From positions 1 through 37,312 of IMG/VR virus record IMGVR_UViG_3300043540_000062: a stretch of DNA of 37,312 nt; one strand, written 5' to 3'. This DNA is from a virus. The position numbers and the translations under genes were made by a program. This document shows positions 26,068 through 32,947 of this stretch, in pieces (position 1 is the stretch's first letter; each line of letters opens with the position of its first letter). The notes under the pieces were generated by a model that saw only the letters and a list, made by a program, of their open reading frames with translations, was not told where the DNA came from and searched no databases.

Positions 26068-26610
26068 TTATTGTATTTTTTTAATTGCGATAATCATACT
26101 ATTAAGATTTAACTTGTTTGAGCAATTAGCCCAATCGGTTGCAAGGTTGTTGCTCTTGAACATAATAGCTTGAGCAAGCTCACCTGAAGCCTTGTCATCA
26201 AGAGCGATGAGGATAGCTTCTTTACCTGTGATAGTCTTTCCAAATAAAGTCTTCTCGTAATAGATAACTGTGGACTTTTTGAACTGAAGGGTTCCATACG
26301 ACATTGCTTTGTCATCGTTCTTACCCTCAATCTTTGGGTCATAGGTGACGAGACCGTAAGTTTCCTTGTATCCAGCACTCTCACACGCTCGCACTTGCTC
26401 AACGACTGACTTCTGCAAGCTGTCTATCTTCGCTGCGTAAGTTGAAGACGAGATGTCGTTGGTAATCGTGACCGTCTTTGTTTCGATGATGGGATGGGTG
26501 TAGTGATACCAGACTCCGCTAATAACGAACACGGCGACGACGATGGTGGTAATAATAAATCCCGCAAGCGTGTGGTCTTTCTTAAACTCACCTTGGTTGT
26601 TTCTAATCAT
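26068..26610 (-). CDS. Membrane-anchored transglycosylase-like protein (signal-anchor type endolysin candidate)
   Basis: 180 aa. N-terminal TM helix (LAGFIITTIVVAVFVISGVWY), then RACESAGYKETYG...MSYGTLQFKKSTVIYY. This is the same E-S-x-G ... G-x-x-Q-F pattern as 3683..5230. Confidence 0.6.
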   Translation of the reverse strand: MIRNNQGEFKKDHTLAGFIITTIVVAVFVISGVWYHYTHPIIETKTVTITNDISSSTYAAKIDSLQKSVVEQVRACESAGYKETYGLVTYDPKIEGKNDDKAMSYGTLQFKKSTVIYYEKTLFGKTITGKEAILIALDDKASGELAQAIMFKSNNLATDWANCSNKLNLNSMIIAIKKIQ

Positions 26611-26647
26611 TTGTTTTTGTTTACTTGTTAATCGTGGGTATGCTTAT

Positions 26648-26677
26648 ATGATAGCCTACCCGTGAGCTATATGTCAA
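26648..26677 (-). promoter_or_regulatory. Sigma70-type promoter TTGACA-18-TATCAT for 26068..26610
   Basis: Reverse complement reads tttgacatatagctcacgggtaggctatcat. Its -10 overlaps a candidate plus-strand -10 (TATGAT, 26647..26652). Flanked by GCTATATGT direct repeats. Confidence 0.5.
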
Positions 26678-26738
26678 AGGGCTATATGTGGATAAACTGG
26701 GGACGCTAATAGTTATACGGCTGTGTTAAGCTATAAAA

Positions 26739-26939
26739 ATGAAAATACATACATGCTATTCCTGTGGTCTTTATTCGAAGACGCGGCCGCTCGACCGTGA
26801 GATTTGTGGACAATGTTATAAGCAATACCAGCACGAGTATGAGAGAATGAAAGCAGAATATTCTACTGCAAAGTTTTGGGCCCGTGGAGTAATAGTGATA
26901 GACGGGGAGGAGCTTACAAGAAAATATATCTGGAAATAG
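26739..26939 (+). CDS. Zinc-ribbon small protein on the opposite strand (regulator candidate)
   Basis: 66 aa. MKIHTCYSCGLYSKTRPLDREICGQCYKQYQHEYERMKAEY (CxxC...CxxC). The antisense 119-aa ORF has junk-like composition. Confidence 0.5.
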   Translation: MKIHTCYSCGLYSKTRPLDREICGQCYKQYQHEYERMKAEYSTAKFWARGVIVIDGEELTRKYIWK

Positions 26940-27100
26940 TTTTCCTGAGTTATCAATACCTATCCCCTCAAGACCTAATGAAATCGTATGATACAATTCC
27001 GCTATGACTAAAAAGCAATTTTTTGCGGTGCTGAAGCGGATAGCAAACTGGAGAGCAAAATCCAAAACCTCTCCTTGTCGCTGTGCCGATTGTTTCGTAA

Positions 27101-27238
27101 CTATATAGTTTTCTCTTTAATTTTCGCCCTCTTCTTTCTCTGATACTCACGATTATATTTTCGGTGCTCTTCTCTGTGTTTTTTACGCCATTCTGCATTC
27201 CATTTAGCTTTATATTTCTTGACGCGTTCTGTTACCAT
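27101..27238 (-). CDS. Small basic protein (45 aa)
   Basis: Below the ORF-track cutoff. MVTERVKKYKAKWNAEWRKKHREEHRKYNREYQRKKRAKIKEKTI. Different frame from the ORF-track entry 26968..27198. Confidence 0.35.
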   Translation of the reverse strand: MVTERVKKYKAKWNAEWRKKHREEHRKYNREYQRKKRAKIKEKTI

Positions 27239-27286
27239 AGTATTGAAATTATTGATAATGATTTTATGCCGTAGCGTTGTTCTCGT

Positions 27287-27889
27287 TTATTTGTTGGCTT
27301 CATAAAATGCTTTTGCAAATCCTTTAGGAGTAATAGACCTGCGGATTTGAACAGGTTTCATTTTTCCGTCTTGTTTATAATCTTCCGGTATTGGTGGTAA
27401 GGGGCGAGTATTATTTCGGGATTGTATAATTTCTTTAGCGTTTAGTTTTATTGGTTTCTTTTTTGGCTCATTAAAATTACCCCAAATGAATGTCTGTTTT
27501 GAGTGTCTATCTCCAAAATCGTATGGGTGAAACTTAAAAGGTGGTTTACCCATAAAGCGTTGTAGGTGTCCAGCTGGGTTTTCCATAGCCCAAAACTTCA
27601 AACCAAATCGGTTATCAAATTGGCTTTCCCAAATTATTCTCAAACAAGCACGGACTATCTCCATAGCTCCACGAAAATCTCTTGGTGTTTTTGCAGTAGT
27701 TCGAGCACGAGAGAACATAGTGCAAGGCGGAGCTGCCAATATACCATAGACATCTTTAGGTGGCTTGTAAGTTAAAACATCGTATTCCGGTAGTGTAATA
27801 ACACTCACATCATAACCATTATCTTTATAAAACTTACTCCACGCCCCTGTTCCCCCACACAAATCAAGTATTATTTTTTCTTTATTCAT
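27287..27889 (-). CDS. Minimal DNA (cytosine-5) methyltransferase-like protein
   Basis: 200 aa. ILDLCGGTGAW matches motif I (FxGxG-like). ILAAPPCTMFS matches motif IV (PC). FWAMENPAG matches motif VI (ENV-like). No recognisable target-recognition domain or motifs IX/X. Confidence 0.65.
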   Translation of the reverse strand: MNKEKIILDLCGGTGAWSKFYKDNGYDVSVITLPEYDVLTYKPPKDVYGILAAPPCTMFSRARTTAKTPRDFRGAMEIVRACLRIIWESQFDNRFGLKFWAMENPAGHLQRFMGKPPFKFHPYDFGDRHSKQTFIWGNFNEPKKKPIKLNAKEIIQSRNNTRPLPPIPEDYKQDGKMKPVQIRRSITPKGFAKAFYEANK

Positions 27890-27967
27890 ACTAGAAGTAT
27901 ATACCTATGTGATTAGGTTGTCAAGGGATACCTATTGAGTTATCCACTTTTGGGCGTGAGGTTGCTG

Positions 27968-27996
27968 TTGCAAACAAATGGAGATGAAGGGATAAT
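27968..27996 (+). promoter_or_regulatory. Sigma70-type promoter TTGCAA-17-GATAAT for the plus (replication) arm
   Basis: ttgcaaacaaatggagatgaagggataat in the divergent intergenic region 27890..28197. Confidence 0.45.
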
Positions 27997-28044
27997 ACAC
28001 TCATGCAAATACCGTTGAACATTTTTAATAATTTTATTGCCAGC

Positions 28045-28094
28045 AATGGTATGCCTATGCCTTCAACGAGGCACGCAGTAGGCATACCATTTTT
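28045..28094 (+). terminator. Long hairpin plus T-run upstream of the initiator gene (attenuator/terminator-like)
   Basis: AATGGTATGCCT...(inner TGCCTtcaacgAGGCA)...AGGCATACCATTttt: a perfect 12-bp outer stem, about 45 nt downstream of the predicted start from promoter 27968..27996. Confidence 0.45.
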
Positions 28095-28197
28095 GGTTGT
28101 AAACATATGAAAGAAAAAACAATATCCGCAGAGGAGTTTGTAGAGTTACGTGCGCGTATAGATGGGCTGGTGAGTAAATTACCATTACCAAAAAACT

Positions 28198-29040
28198 ATG
28201 GCCAGCCCACAGATTGAAAACGGGTACACAAAAATAGCCAATGAGTTGCTCGAAGCAATGTCTCGGGTTCATTGCTTTGGATTTTCTAATGGCCAAATAA
28301 TGTGGGCAATCATAAGAAAAACCTATGGATGGAACAAAAAATCTGACAATATTTCAATCAGCCAGATCGTTGAAATGACCGGTCTCTCCAAAAGAATGGT
28401 CATATATTCTCTTCAGGACCTTGAGGCAAAGAAAATATTATTCATCATAAGAAGCACTAAAAATGGGGAAAAACAGACAAATAACATAAGATTAAACAAG
28501 GATTATGAGGCCTGGGTAGTGCAAAACTCCGCAGAACAGGTAAAAAAGAATAGGGATAGAGCCAAAGTTAGTAGTGCAAAGCTCCGTAGTAGTGCAAAAC
28601 TACGTGAAAATGATGTACGTAGTTTTGCACATACAAAAGAAACTAATACAAAAGAAATACTTCCTGCGATGCAGGAAGACCTATCACTTAATAAGAAAAC
28701 TATGAAAAAAAACACAATGGGAAAGTACCGCGAGGATATGCCAACCGACTCTTACGAGACCGTGATTGATTCTGACAGCGGGGAGGTCGTGGTCGAAACC
28801 AAAGTAAACCTCAATAAGAAATACGACGAGCTTCTCAAGTGGGCAGAGGCCCGGCGTGCAGGAGGATTTACCTTCACGAATAAAGCAAAACAATACAAAG
28901 CATTTTCTATCATGAGGATGGCTGGCATCCAGATGGCAGAGATTAAAAACCGCTGGGCCGAAATGGAGACAGACAAGTTTTGGTTAGATAAAGGTTTTGA
29001 TTTCATGAACGTGTGTGATTCGTTTAACAAAAAAAGATAA
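28198..29040 (+). CDS. Replication initiator, lambda O-like
   Basis: 280 aa. ENGYTKIANELLEAMSRV...QIMWAIIRKTYGWNKKSDNISISQIVEMTGLSKRMV aligns with lambda O DDGYARLSNMLLEAYSGA...KVLLAILRKTYGWNKPMDRITDSQLSEITKLPVKRC. The gene contains internal iterons. Confidence 0.85.
   Translation: MASPQIENGYTKIANELLEAMSRVHCFGFSNGQIMWAIIRKTYGWNKKSDNISISQIVEMTGLSKRMVIYSLQDLEAKKILFIIRSTKNGEKQTNNIRLNKDYEAWVVQNSAEQVKKNRDRAKVSSAKLRSSAKLRENDVRSFAHTKETNTKEILPAMQEDLSLNKKTMKKNTMGKYREDMPTDSYETVIDSDSGEVVVETKVNLNKKYDELLKWAEARRAGGFTFTNKAKQYKAFSIMRMAGIQMAEIKNRWAEMETDKFWLDKGFDFMNVCDSFNKKR
28517..28630. repeat. Iteron cluster (candidate origin of replication) inside the O-like gene
   Basis: TAGTGCAAAACTCCG (28517), TAGTGCAAAGCTCCG (28572) and TAGTGCAAAACTACG (28590) are direct copies. 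CGTAGTTTTGCAC (28618) is inverted. An A/T-rich stretch follows at 28631..28665. Confidence 0.6.
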
Positions 29041-29045
29041 CTCAC

Positions 29046-30047
29046 ATGCTTCACGAACTAAACGAAAAAGATTTGAGTGCAGTCATCTATCCAACACAAA
29101 AAGACGACACGGTTAACATTGCGAAGTACCTCAAAGAAATTGAGCGCGAGATACAAAAGACCCACAAGGAACTTGATAACTCTCTCCAGCTATCACGCCT
29201 TGAATCAATGTTGCGAAATTATAATGGGGAAGACCGACTAGTCTCATCATTTGATTTGGCTGAAAAGATAAAACTTGCTCCGCCCGAACGAAAGATTATC
29301 ACGAACATCGGAAGACTTGATGATATTTTGGGAGGCTTTAGAAATAAACAACTCATCGTAATTGCCGCCCCGACGAAGAATGGCAAAACATCTTTTTGTA
29401 TTGATCTTACGAGTCGTATGAAAGAATACAACCCGACATGGCTCCCCTTTGAGGAACCTGCCGAGGAGCTAATACAAAAATTTCTTGACCGAAACGAACA
29501 GCCCCCGTTCTTCTACACTCCTGAGAGGATGACCGGAAATACATTGTTGTGGATGGAAAAGAAAATAATCGAGGCGAAGGTAAAGTACGGTTCAGAAATA
29601 ATCTTTATTGACCATCTACACTTCATTGTTTCGTTCTCATCAGAGAGACCCGACCTTGTTATCGGGCAGACCATGCGCGACCTCAAAAAGATTGCTAAGC
29701 AGTGGAATGTCATTATCTTTCTCATTGCCCATCTCAAAAAGACACAACTCGTTTCTGCTCCAAGCCTTGAAGATTTGCGTGACTCGTCATTCATTGCTCA
29801 AGAGGCCGACACCGTCATTATGCTTTGGAGAAAGACAAACAAAGAAGCGGGCGAATATATTATTACTGACGAAACCATTGTTTCGGTTCAAGCAAACCGA
29901 AGGACAGGAAAGACGGGAAATATTACTCTCAAGTTTAAGGACGGAAAGTTTCTTGAGGTCGACGAACATCACGAGGACAATGTCCGCAGATTAGCAAGTA
30001 AGAAAACAGACGACGACTGGGAAGGAGCATCATCATGGGGGAAATAA
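29046..30047 (+). CDS. DnaB-like replicative helicase (RecA-type C-terminal domain only)
   Basis: 333 aa. Walker A IAAPTKNGKTSF, Walker B IIFIDHLHF, then IFLIAHLKK and DLRDSSFIAQEADTVIML, typical of DnaB/Twinkle C-terminal domains. Confidence 0.8.
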   Translation: MLHELNEKDLSAVIYPTQKDDTVNIAKYLKEIEREIQKTHKELDNSLQLSRLESMLRNYNGEDRLVSSFDLAEKIKLAPPERKIITNIGRLDDILGGFRNKQLIVIAAPTKNGKTSFCIDLTSRMKEYNPTWLPFEEPAEELIQKFLDRNEQPPFFYTPERMTGNTLLWMEKKIIEAKVKYGSEIIFIDHLHFIVSFSSERPDLVIGQTMRDLKKIAKQWNVIIFLIAHLKKTQLVSAPSLEDLRDSSFIAQEADTVIMLWRKTNKEAGEYIITDETIVSVQANRRTGKTGNITLKFKDGKFLEVDEHHEDNVRRLASKKTDDDWEGASSWGK

Positions 30048-30211
30048 ATAAAACAATTCAGGAAGCGAAGACCGAAGACCTTGAGTGGAAGATCAACATG
30101 CTTGAGGCGGCGTCAATCTGTCTTCGTATGTATCTCAAGACTAAATACCAGCCACTGTTTGAGATTTATGAAAAACTAATGGTCGAGGCACGGTACTGGG
30201 GTTCCAGATAG
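30035..30211 (+). CDS. Small hypothetical protein (58 aa)
   Basis: Below the ORF-track cutoff. MGEINKTIQEAKTEDLEWKINMLEAASICLRMYLKTKYQPLFEIYEKLMVEARYWGSR. 13-nt overlap with the helicase end. Confidence 0.4.
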   Translation: MGEINKTIQEAKTEDLEWKINMLEAASICLRMYLKTKYQPLFEIYEKLMVEARYWGSR

Positions 30212-30241
30212 TTATTAACAGTTTTTCCACACCCCCCCCTG

Positions 30242-30269
30242 TTGACATAACTAACAGGTAGGCTATACT
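30242..30269 (+). promoter_or_regulatory. Sigma70-type promoter TTGACA-16-TATACT
   Basis: ttgacataactaacaggtaggctatact in the 218-nt gap between the replication genes and ORF 30430. Confidence 0.6.
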
Positions 30270-30283
30270 GCCTCACAGGTAAG

Positions 30284-30392
30284 GTATGCTCTTCGACAGG
30301 TCGGCAACAAAGACGAACGATAAATGACATTCTGGTTTCGACTGGAATGCTCGCTCAAGTTCAGTATGTTGCCGGTCTATCAAAGAGCATAC
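30284..30392 (+). ncRNA. Long imperfect hairpin in the leader transcribed from promoter 30242..30269 (RNase III-type processing site or regulatory leader candidate)
   Basis: The 26-nt arms 30284..30309 (gtatgctcttcgacaggtcggcaaca) and 30367..30392 (tgttgccggtctatcaaagagcatac) pair with 2 mismatches and 2 G-U pairs. An inner 8-bp hairpin lies at 30328..30349. Confidence 0.45.
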
Positions 30393-30429
30393 GATTGAAA
30401 ACAACATAGGTTTAATTAACTAAAACACA

Positions 30430-30630
30430 ATGAAATTATCAATCACATTAAGCGAGGGGATGAATCACATTACGAGAGATTTTGATTTTACGTACGATCA
30501 ACTTATTAACTTCGCGGCAAACGACGCCATCGAGGATATGTCAGATACCCTCGGAAACAGTATGCATGAAGACAAGATGGACCATAATAATAACCCATTA
30601 AATAAACAATATGACACACCCGAATTGTGA
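30430..30630 (+). CDS. Small acidic protein
   Basis: 66-aa ORF, first gene after the promoter and hairpin leader. Confidence 0.5.
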   Translation: MKLSITLSEGMNHITRDFDFTYDQLINFAANDAIEDMSDTLGNSMHEDKMDHNNNPLNKQYDTPEL

Positions 30631-30901
30631 CCATTCATGTACAAGTGACTGCCGATACGAAGGCTGTGGATGTCTGTGCGGTGAGTATCACGACAGTATG
30701 ACTAAAGACGAGTTGATAGAGGCTCTCCAAGATGACCTAAGAGATGTTCAGATAGATACAGTTAAAACGCTTTTAAGATTTCATGTTCAAGGTATTGAGG
30801 CTTACAAACTTGCAGCGACTATTGTGGACGCTATCGTTCCGACTGTAAAGAAGTTTGAGGTTGAACAGGAAGCGAAACGCTTAACGGTTCACAATGACTA
30901 A
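30611..30901 (+). CDS. Cys-rich small protein
   Basis: 96 aa. N-terminal MTHPNCDHSCTSDCRYEGCGCLCGEYH. Confidence 0.55.
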   Translation: MTHPNCDHSCTSDCRYEGCGCLCGEYHDSMTKDELIEALQDDLRDVQIDTVKTLLRFHVQGIEAYKLAATIVDAIVPTVKKFEVEQEAKRLTVHND

Positions 30902-30966
30902 TGTACTGTACTTCATTCTCATCATCGTTGGAGCGATTATGTTTATCAATTACTTAAATAAATAAC

Positions 30967-31332
30967 ATGAAAACTATAAACATCAAGGGAAAGGATTACG
31001 TTCCCGTTGTGGAACGTGTGAAAGAGGCACACGTGCAAGACAAGGAAGTTTCAATCACCTGTGAAGTCATTAAAGAGACTGACGACTCCATCGCCATGAA
31101 GGCAACAGTTATTTTCAAAGGCAAGACGTTCACCGGGCACTCTGCCGCAAGTAAGAAGACTGGAGTGATGAAGGACGTCGCTCTTGAGGTGGCTGAGACT
31201 TCGGCGATTGGAAGGGCGCTTGGATTCGCTAACATCGGTCTGCTCGACGGCATTGCCTCTGCAGATGAAATGCGTAAAATTAAAAAAACACCTTCACTCC
31301 CCGAAGACGTATTATCAGACTTACCATTCTAA
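30967..31332 (+). CDS. Hypothetical protein (weak Rad52/Sak-like annealase resemblance)
   Basis: 121 aa. EVAETSAIGRALGFANIGLL recalls the conserved x-S-A-x-x-x-A-x-x-R-A-L-x-x-x-G-I-G segment of Rad52-type single-strand annealing proteins. This is a low-confidence functional guess. Confidence 0.55.
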   Translation: MKTINIKGKDYVPVVERVKEAHVQDKEVSITCEVIKETDDSIAMKATVIFKGKTFTGHSAASKKTGVMKDVALEVAETSAIGRALGFANIGLLDGIASADEMRKIKKTPSLPEDVLSDLPF

Positions 31333-31334
31333 AC

Positions 31335-31616
31335 ATGAACCCGAACAAAGTATTTGCAATCTTCAAAGCGAAGGAAAAGAAAAACGAAAAGTCCCCCGAC
31401 TACAATATCTCAATGAAGGTTGGAGATAAGTACGAAAACATCGGCGGGTGTTGGATAAAGGAAGGAAAATCAGGGAAGTTCTTCTCGTGTAAATTGAATG
31501 GGCCATATCAGCAAAGAAAAGGTTACGAGATTACAGAAAGTAAAAGCGTAATGTCTCAGGCAATCACTCCCGAAAACTATCCCCAGAGCATTGACCCTAA
31601 CGAAATACCCTTCTAA
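31335..31616 (+). CDS. DUF736-like protein
   Basis: 93 aa. KKNEKSPDYNISMKVGDKYENIGGCWIKEGKSGKFFSCKL fits the remembered DUF736 pattern (...APDY.v......eIGAaW.k.s..G..YLSvKLD). Confidence 0.6.
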   Translation: MNPNKVFAIFKAKEKKNEKSPDYNISMKVGDKYENIGGCWIKEGKSGKFFSCKLNGPYQQRKGYEITESKSVMSQAITPENYPQSIDPNEIPF

Positions 31617-31617
31617 C

Positions 31618-31950
31618 ATGGACAACGTTAAACGCATCGCAACAAGGCTTCGAGAAAACGGATACATCACAAACCCGCATCAAGCGGCGGAAGATAAAGG
31701 CATACTTGCAGGAGAGTTTGCGTTTGTCATGGGGCAACTTGAAGAGATACTCAACAAGAAGCCAGAAAAGTGGAACGATATGCGCCCAAAATACAAAAGT
31801 GATACCGCCTGTGAGCATGCGTGGGAGAGTACTGAGGATGGGATAAATGAGAACGGATTACGCCTACGTGAGAAGTCAATAAAAAGCATGATGTCGGCGT
31901 TAGGGACAATCGTGCGCTTAAACAGCGATGAGTCACATAATCTTTCATAA
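31618..31950 (+). CDS. Hypothetical protein
   Basis: ORF track gives 31591..31950. Met at 31618 (MDNVKRIATRL...) lies 1 nt after the upstream stop. Confidence 0.55.
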   Translation: MDNVKRIATRLRENGYITNPHQAAEDKGILAGEFAFVMGQLEEILNKKPEKWNDMRPKYKSDTACEHAWESTEDGINENGLRLREKSIKSMMSALGTIVRLNSDESHNLS

Positions 31951-31952
31951 TC

Positions 31953-32432
31953 ATGTTATCTAGATCTGGATTCAAGCGTGGGATAGTCACACAAGCCTCA
32001 AAAAGGCCCCTAGGACGCGCGAAACTGCGGAAACAAGGGAAAGCACCTATTAGTAAAGTTCAGAGGCACCTGTGGGCAATTATCAAGGAAGTCGTACGGA
32101 AGAGACACCCTCCATATTGCTACACCTGTGGGGCTGGTCCGCTTGTAGGTTCTAATTGTCAGACAGGGCATGTGCCGTGGCCAAAGTCTGTCCTGGGGGC
32201 GTTCTTGAAGTATGATTTTCGGGTACTGCGTATTCAATGTTTCAATTGTAACATCCGTCGAGGTGGAATGGGTGCAGAAGCATACAAACGAATGCTTGAG
32301 GAAATCGGTCCAGAGAAAATGGCGCAGTTAGAAAAAGATAGACAAGTGAGTGTAAACGCATATGAACATTTTACAAAACTACTGGAAGAATATAAAAAAC
32401 TCAATGAACAAATCAAACCGATTAACAATTAA
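31953..32432 (+). CDS. ninG: NinG/Rap-like recombination protein
   Basis: 159 aa. WAIIKEVVRKRHPPYCYTCG...QTGHVPWPKS...FLKYDFRVLRIQCFNCNIRRGGMGAEAYKRMLEEIG is collinear with lambda NinG AFIRERDRDLPCISCG...DAGHYRT...[35 protein letters not shown]. Confidence 0.75.
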   Translation: MLSRSGFKRGIVTQASKRPLGRAKLRKQGKAPISKVQRHLWAIIKEVVRKRHPPYCYTCGAGPLVGSNCQTGHVPWPKSVLGAFLKYDFRVLRIQCFNCNIRRGGMGAEAYKRMLEEIGPEKMAQLEKDRQVSVNAYEHFTKLLEEYKKLNEQIKPINN

Positions 32433-32577
32433 CGAAGTGGCCTCAATGGGAGGTAAGGCAAGTCATAAAAAAAACCCACGAACCAAACAATTCTTTTCTG
32501 AAATAGGAAAGAAGGGTGCTGCAAATAGATGGGGGCATAAAATCAAACCCCATGGAACAAGCATACAAGACTTATAA
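32404..32577 (+). CDS. Small basic protein (57 aa)
   Basis: ORF track gives 32362..32577. Start at 32404 gives MNKSNRLTINEVASMGGKASHKKNPRTKQFFSEIGKKGAANRWGHK, a common small phage protein pattern (LT..E.a..GGKa ... KKGa..RW). Confidence 0.5.
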   Translation: MNKSNRLTINEVASMGGKASHKKNPRTKQFFSEIGKKGAANRWGHKIKPHGTSIQDL

Positions 32578-32610
32578 GGCAAAGATTATTTAACAACAAT
32601 AAAAAAAGAT

Positions 32611-32946
32611 ATGAACAAAATATCACTACGCAACGGAGACTGGTCGTTCATCCCGACCAACGAGAAGATTATTGGAGAGACTATTAAGCATGACGGCACG
32701 TTCACGTTTGCCGAAGGAGAGGCGACAGGACACTTTCATAAGCTTATGGTCAAAAATAAAGACGATATGACGTTCAAGAAAATGCCAGATGGTTCATATC
32801 TTGTCGTTCTGAAGTCCGAAGGAATTGCTACTCACCCTGAACATTCTCTCAAGAGGCATCTTACTATTCCTCCAGGTACGTATAAACTTACACAGAGGCG
32901 CGAGAAGGATTGGTTCCAATTAATAACGCGAAAAGTTCTAGACTAA
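32611..32946 (+). CDS. Hypothetical protein with GEATGHFH motif
   Basis: 111 aa. AEGEATGHFHKL ... HPEHSLKRHLTIPPGTYKLTQRRE resembles a recurrent small phage family (GE.TGH.H ... H.EH ... G.Y...QRE) of unknown function. Confidence 0.6.
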   Translation: MNKISLRNGDWSFIPTNEKIIGETIKHDGTFTFAEGEATGHFHKLMVKNKDDMTFKKMPDGSYLVVLKSEGIATHPEHSLKRHLTIPPGTYKLTQRREKDWFQLITRKVLD

Positions 32947-32947
32947 C

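Noticed and set aside
26706-27065. 119-aa minus-strand ORF
   Set aside because: Its sequence is Cys/Phe/Leu-rich junk and it is antisense to a well-formed zinc-ribbon ORF (26739..26939). The plus-strand gene is preferred.
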